A DNA stretch of 64,000 bases, taken from the IMG/VR virus record IMGVR_UViG_3300030103_004875; one strand, 5' to 3'. The position numbers were made by a program, and so were the translations under genes. Below the pieces are notes generated by a model. It was given only the letters and a program-made list of their open reading frames with translations, searched no databases and was not told where the DNA came from. The DNA comes from a virus. Shown piece after piece: positions 19,540-30,044 of this stretch. Numbering within the stretch: the stretch's first letter is position 1; each line of letters opens with the position of its first letter.

Positions 19540-20202
19540 ATGGCAACAAATCCATACATCAATCAAAATGTCCGCTCTGAACAAAATTTAGCAGAGGATA
19601 TAACAATAGAAACCATTCGTGCGATGGGAAGGGATATGATTTATATTCCTCGAACTTTGGTCAATTTAGACACAATCTTCGGTGAGGATGAAATTAGTAA
19701 ATTTGAAAACACATTTCCACTTGAAATGTATATTGAAAGTATTCAGGGATTTGAAGGTGCAGGCGATTTAATAAGTCAAATAGGTATTGATATAAAAGAC
19801 AGGGTAAACCTTAGAGTTTCTCGTAAAAGATTTGAACAAGAAGTTACCAGTTTAGTTCCAACCATAGGAAGACCAAGAGAGGGTGACTTGGTTCACTTTC
19901 CACTAAGCAACACAACATTCGAAATTAATTTTGTAGAACATGAAAACCCATTTTATCAATTGGGAAATTTATACACTTATCAACTTCAATGTGAAGTCTT
20001 TACTTACAGCAACGAAGATTTCGATACTGGAAATTCTGTTGTGGATGAAATTGACGAAACTCGTAAGGGTATAAGTGGGGATATAGTTATTCCTCTCGAT
20101 CCTGCCGGTGTGACATCAGGAGACAACGAAGCAATAAAATCAGAAGCCGCTAATATACTAGACTTTAGCGAAAAAGATCCGTTCTCGGAAGGTAGGTATT
20201 AA
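19540..20202 (+). CDS. gp14: Neck protein
   Basis: YIPR, RPREGDLVHFP, FVEHENPFYQLG motifs. Confidence 0.95.
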   Translation: MATNPYINQNVRSEQNLAEDITIETIRAMGRDMIYIPRTLVNLDTIFGEDEISKFENTFPLEMYIESIQGFEGAGDLISQIGIDIKDRVNLRVSRKRFEQEVTSLVPTIGRPREGDLVHFPLSNTTFEINFVEHENPFYQLGNLYTYQLQCEVFTYSNEDFDTGNSVVDEIDETRKGISGDIVIPLDPAGVTSGDNEAIKSEAANILDFSEKDPFSEGRY

Positions 20203-20951
20203 TGTTTTCACATTTTTATAACGAGTCTCTGAGAAAACTTGTGATTGGGTTTGGTAGTTTATTCGATCAGATACAAGTATTTAAATACAACACAGATGGG
20301 ACAACAAAGGAAAAAATTCAAGTTCCTATTTCTTATGGACCAAAGGAAAAATTCATAAGAAGAATTAGAAACATGAGTTCTATTTCTGAAGACGTAAATA
20401 AAACTCAAATCACCCTACCTCACATGGGATTTGACATCAGTGCAATAATTTATGATGTTGATCGAGTAACAAATAAACTTCGGAAAAAACAAATACGAAC
20501 TTCCAGTAATACTGGCGCTTTCATGTTTAATGCAGTCCCATATAATATTACATTCGGGCTTTACATTTACAGTAGGTATGTTGAAGAGAATCTTCAAATT
20601 ATGGAGCAGATTCTCCCATATTTTACCCCAAACTTTAATATCACATTGAACATGAATACAGTTCATCCAAAGATGGATGTTCCCATTACACTTAATGCTG
20701 TTCAAATGCAAGAAGATTACACAGGCGATTTTGCAACAAGACGATCTATAATATCAACATTTAGTTTTACCGCAAAAACATTTATATTTGGTCCAGAAAC
20801 CACATACGGTCCCATACAAGGTGTTACTGTTGATATCATGGATGGATTTACCTGCGGATCTAGTGTATTAGATCCGTTTGATATGAGAACTGAAGTCACC
20901 GGCGATTATTCCACTGGAGTGAGAGGAAACCCGACCCATGAAATCCCATGA
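20202..20951 (+). CDS. gp15: Tail sheath stabilizer/terminator
   Basis: VPISYGPKEKF, EQILPYFTP motifs. Confidence 0.95.
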   Translation: MFSHFYNESLRKLVIGFGSLFDQIQVFKYNTDGTTKEKIQVPISYGPKEKFIRRIRNMSSISEDVNKTQITLPHMGFDISAIIYDVDRVTNKLRKKQIRTSSNTGAFMFNAVPYNITFGLYIYSRYVEENLQIMEQILPYFTPNFNITLNMNTVHPKMDVPITLNAVQMQEDYTGDFATRRSIISTFSFTAKTFIFGPETTYGPIQGVTVDIMDGFTCGSSVLDPFDMRTEVTGDYSTGVRGNPTHEIP

Positions 20952-21390
20952 TAAAAGTATAGAAAATGAATTGAACGTAGAATACAAAGGAAAATCTATA
21001 GAAGTTCTTCCTGATAAGAAACCTATATCTACCATAAAGCAAAGGGATTTTGAAGATGATTATAAAGAAGTTAGAGGAAACCTAAAGCATTTAGTATCTA
21101 CTGGTGAAATGGCTATAGATGGAATACTAAAAGTTGCGACAGAAGGTGATCATCCTCGCGCCTATGAAGTGGTATCCCAGTTAATAAAAACTGTCTCCGA
21201 AGTTAACAAGGATATTGTAGATCTGCATAAGAAAACAAAAGAAATTAATAAAGAAGACAACAAGTATGTTCAAAAAAATACAACTAATAATGCATTTTAT
21301 GTTGGTTCCACTTCTGACCTTCAAGATATAATTAATGCATCTAGAAGTAGAAGTAAAGTGATAGAAAATAATGAAAATGAGCGAGAATAA
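20938..21390 (+). CDS. gp16: Terminase small subunit
   Basis: HPRAYEV, NNAFYVGSTSDLQ motifs. Confidence 0.95.
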   Translation: MKSHDKSIENELNVEYKGKSIEVLPDKKPISTIKQRDFEDDYKEVRGNLKHLVSTGEMAIDGILKVATEGDHPRAYEVVSQLIKTVSEVNKDIVDLHKKTKEINKEDNKYVQKNTTNNAFYVGSTSDLQDIINASRSRSKVIENNENERE

Positions 21391-23041
21391 ATCTGGATAT
21401 TTAGGGAATCCCAATCTAAAACCTGTTGGGATAAAAATTGATTTTACAGAAGATCAGATTAAGGAATACGTCAAGTGTGCCAACGATCCTGTATACTTCA
21501 TAGAAAAATATATCAAAGTAGTGTCTCTGGATAAAGGACTAGTTCCTTTTGATCTATACGACTATCAAAGAGAAATAGTAAATACGGTTCATGATAATAG
21601 ATTTGTCATCGCAAAACTTCCTCGACAGAGCGGTAAGTCAACAACCGTAATTTCTTATATTCTTCATTATGTTTTATTTAACCAGAGCATGAATGTTGCC
21701 GTTCTTGCCAATAAACAAAGCACCGCAAGAGAAATTTTAAGTAGATTGAAATTAGCATATGAGTATCTACCAAAATGGCTTCAGCAGGGGATTATTGAAT
21801 GGAACAAAGGAAGTATTCATTTAGAGAATGGCTCAAAAATTACAGCATCTGCAACATCCTCTTCGGCAATTCGTGGTGGATCATTTAACCTAATCTTTCT
21901 TGACGAATTTGCTCACGTTCCACAGAACATAGCGGAAGAATTTTTCAGTTCTGTTTACCCGACAATTACATCCGGACAGAGTACAAAGGTGTTGATGGTC
22001 TCCACTCCAAATGGTTTGAACATGTTTTATACTTTTTGGAGAGGAGCAACTCGGCCTAAAAATGATCCACAAAAGAATGAATATATTCCCATAGAAGTTC
22101 ATTGGACTCAAGTCCCACTTTTTGCGGGAGGACCTCTAAGAGATGATAAATGGAAAATGGAGACTATCAGAAACTCTAGTGAGCAACAGTTTCAATCGGA
22201 ATTTGAATGTGACTTTGTTGGTTCATCCAATACTTTGATTTCTACCGCAAAATTAAAACAAATGTTTCCGTCAATTCCCAAGAAAAAATCTCCTGATGGT
22301 TATAGAGAATATTACGAACCAAAGGAGGGCGGAACATACTTCTTAACAGTAGATGTTTCTCGTGGACAGGCAAAAGATTATAGTGCGTTTACAGTAGTTG
22401 ATGCAAGTGAATTTCCATACAAAATCGCAGCAACATTTTACAACAATACCATATCTCCTCTAGTTCTTCCTACAATTATAGACAGTGTTTCTAAAAGATA
22501 CAATGATGCGTGGATATTAGTAGAGATTAATGATATAGGGGGTCAAGTCGCGGATATTCTTCACCATGATCTTGAAAATGAGTTCATACTTAGTGTCACC
22601 TCTAGAGGCAGATCCGGACAAGTCTTGTCCGGAGGGTTCTCTGGTGTTGGTCAGACTTCTCTTGGAGTGAAAACAACTGGACCAATAAAAAAGATAGGTT
22701 GCTCAGTTTTAAGAAGCCTCATAGAAGAGGATAAATTGATAATAGAGGATGAAAATCTAATAATGGAACTCACTTCCTTTATATCAAAAAGGCATACATA
22801 TGAAGCAGACGACGGTCATCATGATGATCTTACGATGACACTGGTTCTTTTTTCTTGGATGACACGGCAGCCATATTATAAAGAACTTGCGGAAAGTGAT
22901 GTTAGAAAAGGTATATACAAAAATCAAATAGAACAGATAGAAGAAAGTTACCTTCCATTCGGTTTTATTAATGATGGATCAGAAGAATTGAATGGTGAAT
23001 GGGACGGGGACGACAGATGGTATATAGAAACAAACAATTGA
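21371..23041 (+). CDS. gp17: Terminase large subunit
   Basis: YLGNPNLK, PRQSGKS Walker A, FLDEFA, STPNG, HHDDL nuclease motif. Confidence 0.97.
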   Translation: MKMSENKSGYLGNPNLKPVGIKIDFTEDQIKEYVKCANDPVYFIEKYIKVVSLDKGLVPFDLYDYQREIVNTVHDNRFVIAKLPRQSGKSTTVISYILHYVLFNQSMNVAVLANKQSTAREILSRLKLAYEYLPKWLQQGIIEWNKGSIHLENGSKITASATSSSAIRGGSFNLIFLDEFAHVPQNIAEEFFSSVYPTITSGQSTKVLMVSTPNGLNMFYTFWRGATRPKNDPQKNEYIPIEVHWTQVPLFAGGPLRDDKWKMETIRNSSEQQFQSEFECDFVGSSNTLISTAKLKQMFPSIPKKKSPDGYREYYEPKEGGTYFLTVDVSRGQAKDYSAFTVVDASEFPYKIAATFYNNTISPLVLPTIIDSVSKRYNDAWILVEINDIGGQVADILHHDLENEFILSVTSRGRSGQVLSGGFSGVGQTSLGVKTTGPIKKIGCSVLRSLIEEDKLIIEDENLIMELTSFISKRHTYEADDGHHDDLTMTLVLFSWMTRQPYYKELAESDVRKGIYKNQIEQIEESYLPFGFINDGSEELNGEWDGDDRWYIETNN

Positions 23042-23048
23042 GGTAAAA

Positions 23049-26000
23049 ATGGCACGACCAAATGTATCGACAACACTAACAGATGAGGGATTATTGGTAT
23101 CTGGGACAGAATCCGGATCTCCTTTCATAGCAGCAGTCATAGATCCAGATACTGCTCCTCATAATTTACTAAATGCATTAGGAAATACAGCCGAAAGAGA
23201 AAATGGTCTAATGACCATTTCTTCTGTTGGGGAATGGAATGAAAGACTTACCTCAACTCATCCAACTGGTATAGGACCCTATGATATTCCCATTAATTCT
23301 ATAAAATCCTCGGACAGAGGATTTGTCCCTTTTATTCACCGAGATCCTGCATCTAACATACAAGTGGGTGGTGATTTTTATGCAGGTAGCACCTTCAATT
23401 ATCAAAGGTGGCCATCAGGATCCCAATATTCTGAGTGGGATTATATGTGGAACTTTATAAACAATTATCTCTCATATGGTGGCATAATAAAGATATTTGG
23501 AGCAAAATCGAGTGAAAGTATTGGGGACGTAATTACAAGGGCAAAGAACAAGAGAGAATCAGTTGATGCATTTCTTTCTCCATTTTTCAGTAAAAATAAC
23601 GATGTCAGAGGTATTGTAGATGTCCGGGGTGATTGTATAGCAATAACTTCAGTTCCCTCTGAAAACCAAGCCGGTATCATTGAAAGAACAGGAAGCGATA
23701 CCCATACAGAACCATCAATTCCAGCGTCCAACGATTTTTTCCGAGGAGGAACTTGGTCGTATCCCGGATATGCTGCAAGATCAAATCAGCATATATCAAG
23801 ATTCACTTTTGATAAGGCCTTCTTTGGTAATAGCGGAAGTGTATATCAGTACGACCACGGAAAACTGGTGTACTCGGTTGTAATGAGAAAGGATAAACCG
23901 GGCCCAACTGCCGGCACCACCACTGATGTGGTTAATTTTGAAAGATACCGTGTTCTTCATGAAATGGACCATTCATTTGGAACTAGAGGATGGACTGCTG
24001 ATTTGAACACGGCGGCCGCCATAGGTGTGGGAGTGACATTGGGGTTGACAACAGATGCAGTCGGACCAAATGGTCTTTTGAGGTTCGAATCACCGGATGT
24101 ACCTGGTCGAGTCTTGGGTAAAATCCCGGGCCCGCAAGGTAGTAACGTAGGAAGAACAGAAGCAGAGGCACGGGCATGGAAAAATCAATTAAGTGGATCT
24201 TCTGGAGTTACAATATATCAAAATACACATGTTAGATCTAGTCTTGGAGACATTCTAATCATAGACGGAATGGTAAATCTCAGAGATAGATTTATGGACA
24301 AAATATTAAAGACTGAACCAAATATAGTGCCATTTCCAGCAAACGGAACTCCCTCGGCGCCGTTAAACGTCTTATTTTCTTATCAGAACTTTTTCCATCT
24401 GGCGGTTCCTGCAAACTGGATGGATCCGTTCACATACACTTTCCCGGAACCGGCCAACCTCGCGGATGGCAGTGATCCGGTGAACAAATCAGATACATCC
24501 GCTTCAACAGCGTTGGCATTCGGAGGCGGCGCGGGTGGAGGATCTCGTTCGTTTGAGCACATTCCAGATCCCACTTTATCTGGTCAAAGAATTTTCACAG
24601 GAGCACCCGAAGATGCTTATGATGGTCTTGCTGAATTCCCTAGAATTTCTAATTCAGAAGCAAGAACATCATTGATTGATATGAGACAAACTCTAAATCC
24701 AGATTTTGATATACTGGATAATTTATATGGCACAAATGGTACATTCCCGAATGCGAAACTTCACGCTGCTTACACAAAGCAAAGAATAAAAGAAGGAAAT
24801 ATCTCCAACCCGTTATCTCCCGGTTCATCTTATGATACCCAAGCACACGCCACGAAACAACTATATAATGTTTTTGGTATCACTGGTGCGTCTTTGGATG
24901 TTGCGAATTCACAAGGCAAAAAACCTCTAGACTTCTGGGGATGCACTTGTGCAAATCTGCCCGAGATGCTTTACACATTCAATCTGGTAGGTGCAACTCC
25001 AGATATTTGTGTGGAAACTAGCGTCCCCGGTATAACAAGAAGAGGGGTAACAGCATCCGGAAGTACATATAATGCATATATTGGGTGGTCCGAACCTTAT
25101 CCAAAAATGATAATGAAGAATTTGGTAAATATATTTGGAGAAACCATAGGAACTCCAGCAGTTCCCGGATCAACTCTTGGTTTGTTCCATGATAAATATT
25201 TGAATACTGTGGCAGAAGATAAAACTTATAATGATAGACAATCCGTTGCCAGTGTAGTTTTACCAACTAGATCATTTGTTTTCTATCCATTGGTGGTAAA
25301 TGATGCATTCAACAGTGAGGCTGCTGTTGGTCCCGGTAATTTCCCTCTTAAGAGAGATACATCTAATTATTTTTATCTTGCAGAACCACAAACAGAAGGA
25401 TTCCAGAACCTTGCTCAGGTCAGCATCCCATTTATGAGAAGGTGGGATGCAGAAAATGATGTTAATCTTGTCAAGTATAGAGATTATTATCAAGAGGATT
25501 ACGATTCGAGTAGTATTGATGATACTCCTATAGCTTTAAGCAATATCGCAAATAGGCTGAGAAACAGCAGTATTAACATTTTCCCAGCAAACACCTTACT
25601 CAATGATGGAGTGGGAGCAACACTTCCGGGAACCTTCGGAAAGGTTGGTAATCCTGGCATTTCATATGAAAATCTATTCTATGCAGGGCACTCAGCCGAA
25701 TCTGGATATACTGGAGATGGATTTGGTGGTGATGGAATATACCTAGTAGCAGAAGTTGATATAGTCCCCGGAATTCCTACTGCTGCTTTCGCACCTTCAG
25801 ATGCACAATTCGACATTGAAGATTATACGTTAGATAACATATTCTCATCAACTTCAGATAAATTTGAATTTGCTGTGTTTGGAGAAAAGTTCTCACAATC
25901 AACTAATAAAGTGTTAAACACCCAAGATGAAGTAAATCAATTAAGCAATGCAGTGGAGATTCCACTGACTTCTGATGTGGGTGGTATGTTTGCAAGACAA

Positions 26001-26513
26001 TTCAGAGATCTACAACCGTGGTTCTCTCCTGCAAATCGATCAGTATCCACAGTTAAAGACATAATTAGCGAAAGATACACATTAACAGATGGACAGCAAG
26101 ATACACTGTATGATGCAAAAGTCAACTTTGTGAGGAATAGTGACGGATCACTAAGATTGTTTGGTGATAAAACTCTTGCTCCATCTACTAGCACATTTTC
26201 CAGAGTGAATGTTAGTAACTTATTCATATATCTGAAAAAGAAACTTGAACCTCTTTCAAGAAGATTTTTATTCGAGCAAAATGATGCCAAATCAAGAGAA
26301 TTATTCATTAATTCAGCAACACCATTCTTGGAAACTGTTGTGGGATCCAGAGGGATTAGTGAATTTAGAGTAATCTGTGATGAAACTAATAATACTCCTG
26401 ATATTGTAGATTCTAACCAATTTGTGGTAGATGTTTTCGTGAAACCAGTAAAAACAATCAACTTTATAAAGATTCGATTAACCAATGTTGGAACTTCTTT
26501 TGAATTAGAGTAA
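23049..26513 (+). CDS. gp18: Tail sheath protein paralog with a ~715-aa insertion
   Basis: Sheath N-terminus and C-terminus (PWFSPA, FGDKT, VICDETNNT) flank a unique insert. Confidence 0.85.
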   Translation: MARPNVSTTLTDEGLLVSGTESGSPFIAAVIDPDTAPHNLLNALGNTAERENGLMTISSVGEWNERLTSTHPTGIGPYDIPINSIKSSDRGFVPFIHRDPASNIQVGGDFYAGSTFNYQRWPSGSQYSEWDYMWNFINNYLSYGGIIKIFGAKSSESIGDVITRAKNKRESVDAFLSPFFSKNNDVRGIVDVRGDCIAITSVPSENQAGIIERTGSDTHTEPSIPASNDFFRGGTWSYPGYAARSNQHISRFTFDKAFFGNSGSVYQYDHGKLVYSVVMRKDKPGPTAGTTTDVVNFERYRVLHEMDHSFGTRGWTADLNTAAAIGVGVTLGLTTDAVGPNGLLRFESPDVPGRVLGKIPGPQGSNVGRTEAEARAWKNQLSGSSGVTIYQNTHVRSSLGDILIIDGMVNLRDRFMDKILKTEPNIVPFPANGTPSAPLNVLFSYQNFFHLAVPANWMDPFTYTFPEPANLADGSDPVNKSDTSASTALAFGGGAGGGSRSFEHIPDPTLSGQRIFTGAPEDAYDGLAEFPRISNSEARTSLIDMRQTLNPDFDILDNLYGTNGTFPNAKLHAAYTKQRIKEGNISNPLSPGSSYDTQAHATKQLYNVFGITGASLDVANSQGKKPLDFWGCTCANLPEMLYTFNLVGATPDICVETSVPGITRRGVTASGSTYNAYIGWSEPYPKMIMKNLVNIFGETIGTPAVPGSTLGLFHDKYLNTVAEDKTYNDRQSVASVVLPTRSFVFYPLVVNDAFNSEAAVGPGNFPLKRDTSNYFYLAEPQTEGFQNLAQVSIPFMRRWDAENDVNLVKYRDYYQEDYDSSSIDDTPIALSNIANRLRNSSINIFPANTLLNDGVGATLPGTFGKVGNPGISYENLFYAGHSAESGYTGDGFGGDGIYLVAEVDIVPGIPTAAFAPSDAQFDIEDYTLDNIFSSTSDKFEFAVFGEKFSQSTNKVLNTQDEVNQLSNAVEIPLTSDVGGMFARQFRDLQPWFSPANRSVSTVKDIISERYTLTDGQQDTLYDAKVNFVRNSDGSLRLFGDKTLAPSTSTFSRVNVSNLFIYLKKKLEPLSRRFLFEQNDAKSRELFINSATPFLETVVGSRGISEFRVICDETNNTPDIVDSNQFVVDVFVKPVKTINFIKIRLTNVGTSFELE

Positions 26514-26515
26514 TT

Positions 26516-26523
26516 CATAAATA
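26516..26523 (+). promoter_or_regulatory. Late promoter CATAAATA
   Basis: Intergenic, upstream of the second gp18. Confidence 0.6.
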
Positions 26524-26548
26524 AAAATGAACTCTCTAGGAGAATAAG

Positions 26549-27862
26549 ATGGCACGACCTAATGTTACAGTAATAGTTAACGATCAATCTTTTGTTATCA
26601 GCGGAACCGAGTCTGGCGGAGCACATGTTGCAGGATTTCCTTCAAGTGAAGGTTTACTTTTCGCACTCGGAAATACCACAGAAACACAGCAAGGTTTCAT
26701 GCGTGTCGAGGGAACCGATGACTGGTTTGGCCGACTAAAAAGTCCAGAGCCTCTCTCAAACTATGGCGGGGGAAGCACTGCGGGTGGCGATCTTCCATTT
26801 TATCACTTCACACCGGGAAGCACATTCTCCGGACAGAGACTAGATCCAGAACAAGTAAATAGAGATGCAACCGGAGGTAATGTTCAGGTCTTTGGATCAA
26901 CATTCGGATACCAAAGATGGCCAAACGGACCAACCGGAGAGTGGACAGACGAATGGTGGTCAGTTCACAATTACCTTCTTTATGGAGGAATTGCAATTGT
27001 TGGTGCAACTGGAACAGTAACCAATACCACTAGTGCCACTACTACTCTTCAGAACAAATCTATTGCTTTGGATTCTGTGTTTGGTGTTTCGGGATCAGCT
27101 TCCAATACCATAGTCAAGAATATTACTGATAATAGAGGAGACTGTATTGGTGTATGTCACGTTCCCTCCGGGACTGGTATTGACACAAGCGTAAACTCAC
27201 CAGTAGGTAGTGCAAGTGAAAATATTGTATCTGTGTTTGGTGAAAAGAGCCATGTGGACATTAGTAGATTATCATCATCAGTGGTCACGGACACAAACTT
27301 GATTCAGACACCACTTTCTGCTGATGTTGCTGGGTGTCTTGCGAGAACAGATAGAGTTGCCAATCCTTGGTTCTCACCGGGTGGTGAGGTTCGAGGTAGA
27401 ATTTTAGATGTTGTTAGATTAGCAAAAGATCTAACAGACGGAGAGCAAGACATTTGTTACGATAATAAGGTAAACCCAATTGTTACTTTCCCCGGTGAAG
27501 GAACCCTCTTGTTTGGAGACAAAACAAATAAACCAAACAGCACATTAAGTAGAATTAATGTTGCTCGTTTGTTCCTTTACCTCAAGAGAGTAATCGGAAC
27601 ATCTGCACGAAGTCTTCTTTTCGAACAAAATGACGAAATTACCCGTAACTTGTTTATTAACGCAGTCACTCCTCTTCTTGAGACAATTCGAGGACAAAGA
27701 GGAATTACCGACTTCAGAGTCATCTGTGACGAAACCAACAATACCTCAGATATTATTGATTCCAATCAATTCGTAGCAGATGTGTTTATTAAACCAACCA
27801 AGTCCATTAACTTTATTCGTCTTCGCTTCACCAACAAAGGTGAAGGTGCAGAATTAGGCTGA
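26549..27862 (+). CDS. gp18: Tail sheath protein (compact form)
   Basis: ADVAGCLARTD, PWFSPGG, FPGEGTLLFGDKT, RINVARLF motifs. Confidence 0.95.
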   Translation: MARPNVTVIVNDQSFVISGTESGGAHVAGFPSSEGLLFALGNTTETQQGFMRVEGTDDWFGRLKSPEPLSNYGGGSTAGGDLPFYHFTPGSTFSGQRLDPEQVNRDATGGNVQVFGSTFGYQRWPNGPTGEWTDEWWSVHNYLLYGGIAIVGATGTVTNTTSATTTLQNKSIALDSVFGVSGSASNTIVKNITDNRGDCIGVCHVPSGTGIDTSVNSPVGSASENIVSVFGEKSHVDISRLSSSVVTDTNLIQTPLSADVAGCLARTDRVANPWFSPGGEVRGRILDVVRLAKDLTDGEQDICYDNKVNPIVTFPGEGTLLFGDKTNKPNSTLSRINVARLFLYLKRVIGTSARSLLFEQNDEITRNLFINAVTPLLETIRGQRGITDFRVICDETNNTSDIIDSNQFVADVFIKPTKSINFIRLRFTNKGEGAELG

Positions 27863-27868
27863 TACATA
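27861..27868 (+). promoter_or_regulatory. Putative late promoter variant GATACATA
   Basis: Upstream of the gp19 RBS. Confidence 0.45.
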
Positions 27869-27883
27869 CACTAGGAGCAAAAA

Positions 27884-28441
27884 ATGCCAGGAACTAATAG
27901 CATAGACGAATTTAAGAGTAATTTCCACGGGGGAACCCGCAGAAACAGGTTTGAAATTAGCGGGTCGATTGGAGAAGCGGCTGCATCACTCTCCACGTTT
28001 CACGCTTACGCATTCAATCTTCCAGCGGTAGGAATAGGAGAAATTCCTGTAGACTATAGAGGAAGAAGGGTATATATTCCCGGAGATCGTGATTATCCGC
28101 AATGGACCTTAACAATTCTGGATGATGCAGGTGGTCCCGGATCTGAAATTTATCCTGCTTTCCAAGAGTGGCAAAGAAAGATAAATGATCACACAGATAA
28201 CGTATCAGAAACAGGTCCCGCTGCTGATAGACAGCAGTGGACAATTAAGCACCTAGAAGCACAAGGACAGGGTTCTAACGCACTCAAAACCTTTATACTT
28301 AAGGGATGTTGGCCAGTATCAGTTGGACCTATTAGTCTCGCTGCCGGTGCAAGAGATGAATTGGTAACATTCGACGTAACTGTTAGGTACGATTATCTTA
28401 ATTACGAATCTGGAACAAGTTCGGCACCTACAATTGGTTGA
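27884..28441 (+). CDS. gp19: Tail tube protein
   Basis: YRGRRVYIPGDRDYPQWTLT, GCWPVSVG motifs. Confidence 0.93.
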   Translation: MPGTNSIDEFKSNFHGGTRRNRFEISGSIGEAAASLSTFHAYAFNLPAVGIGEIPVDYRGRRVYIPGDRDYPQWTLTILDDAGGPGSEIYPAFQEWQRKINDHTDNVSETGPAADRQQWTIKHLEAQGQGSNALKTFILKGCWPVSVGPISLAAGARDELVTFDVTVRYDYLNYESGTSSAPTIG

Positions 28442-28466
28442 TATATTAATTATTATGGAGTGATAA

Positions 28467-30041
28467 ATGGCTTTTAAATTTTTTGGGTTTGAAATTGGTC
28501 GCAATAAGGACCTCGGAACCCCTGTTATTGATCCGGCTATAAGCCTCACTAATAAGGGTTCCGAGTCCTTTGTTCCACCAGAAACATATGACGGAACATA
28601 CACTTTCGAAACGGGTGGTGTTTTTGGCACATATGTCGATGTTGGTGGGCAAAACTTAGCAGCACAAATGAAGGGTGAAAATGAACTCATAGGCACATAC
28701 CGTGGGATGTCATTATATCCGGAAGTAGATCAGGCAATAGAAGATATTGTTAATGAAGCCGTTGTTCCCGGTGATGATATGGAAACGATAAAACTTGATT
28801 TAGATGATGTTAAAGTATCAGATATTGTTAAGAAAAAAATACATTTAGAATTCAAAAAAATAACAAAACTTCTTAATTTTGATAAAAGAGCACATGATAT
28901 TTTTAGAAGATGGTATATCGACAGTAAATTATATTTTCACATTCTGATAGATAATAAAAATCCTGATCAGGGGGTTGCAGAAATACGTCCTATAGACCCT
29001 CTAAAGATCAAAAGAATACGAAGAGTAAATAAAAAGAGTAAAAAGAATTTTGAAACAACAACAGGGAATGTTGAAATTCCTCTAGTTGCAAATGTGGAAG
29101 AATATTATCTGTACACAAACACGGATAAGGATTCACCATACCAAACACCGACTTCTGGATTGAAAATTTCACCAGATTCAATTGCATATGCATCCTCTGG
29201 TATAATCGATGGAAGTTCACGAAGAGTCATTGGATATCTCCATAAAGCAATTCGTTCATTGAATATGCTCAGACAGACCGAGGATGCGGTAGTGATTTAT
29301 AGAATCTCTCGTGCTCCCGAAAGAAGAGTATTTTATATTGATGTCGGAAATCTTCCTAAGAATAAGGCAGAACAATACCTTCGTGAGATAATGAATCGTT
29401 ACAGAAATAAGTTAATCTACGATCAAGACACAGGACAGGTACGAGATGATAGAAACCACCTTTCTATGCTTGAAGATTACTGGCTTCCAAGAAGAGAGGG
29501 TGGAAGAGGAACAGAGATTACAACACTTCCCGGTGGTGATAAGATGTCCCAACTCGAAGACGTTGAGTACCTCCTCAAGAAAGTATATCGTTCACTGAAC
29601 GTGCCTGTTTCAAGAATGGAATCTGAAAATGGTTTCAATATGGGCAGATCAGCAGAGATATCGAGAGATGAAGTTAAATTCCAAAAATTTATCACTAGAC
29701 TTCAAGTTAAATTTTCTGAATTGTTTTATTCCCTGTTGAGGGTTCAACTAATACTTAAGGGAATTACTACGGAGGATGACTGGAACGATATTTCTCAGGA
29801 TATAAGATTTAGATTCAATCGAGACACATATTTTGATGAACTCAAAGAAAATGAAATTATGTCCGAAAGAATAAATATGCTAAATACCATACAGCCACTG
29901 ATAGGCACATTTTTCACCGAGGATTATATAAAGAAGCACATCCTGAAGATGTCCGATCAAGAAATTAGGGATTTGCAAGATTCGTTTGATCAACAACCAG
30001 TACAACAAGAACAACAAATCCCCCAAGAGCCAACGGAGTAA
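28467..30041 (+). CDS. gp20: Portal protein
   Basis: YRISRAPERRVFYIDVGNLP, EDYWLPRREGGRGTEITTLPGG. Confidence 0.98.
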   Translation: MAFKFFGFEIGRNKDLGTPVIDPAISLTNKGSESFVPPETYDGTYTFETGGVFGTYVDVGGQNLAAQMKGENELIGTYRGMSLYPEVDQAIEDIVNEAVVPGDDMETIKLDLDDVKVSDIVKKKIHLEFKKITKLLNFDKRAHDIFRRWYIDSKLYFHILIDNKNPDQGVAEIRPIDPLKIKRIRRVNKKSKKNFETTTGNVEIPLVANVEEYYLYTNTDKDSPYQTPTSGLKISPDSIAYASSGIIDGSSRRVIGYLHKAIRSLNMLRQTEDAVVIYRISRAPERRVFYIDVGNLPKNKAEQYLREIMNRYRNKLIYDQDTGQVRDDRNHLSMLEDYWLPRREGGRGTEITTLPGGDKMSQLEDVEYLLKKVYRSLNVPVSRMESENGFNMGRSAEISRDEVKFQKFITRLQVKFSELFYSLLRVQLILKGITTEDDWNDISQDIRFRFNRDTYFDELKENEIMSERINMLNTIQPLIGTFFTEDYIKKHILKMSDQEIRDLQDSFDQQPVQQEQQIPQEPTE

Positions 30042-30044
30042 GCA

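Noticed and set aside
23625-25875. Intein or homing endonuclease in the long gp18
   Set aside because: No C/S...HN splice junctions or LAGLIDADG/HNH motifs seen; composition resembles a structural domain
25937-26626. 229-aa minus-strand ORF
   Set aside because: Antisense to the conserved gp18 core with no motifs; the other minus-strand ORFs in the track were rejected for the same reason
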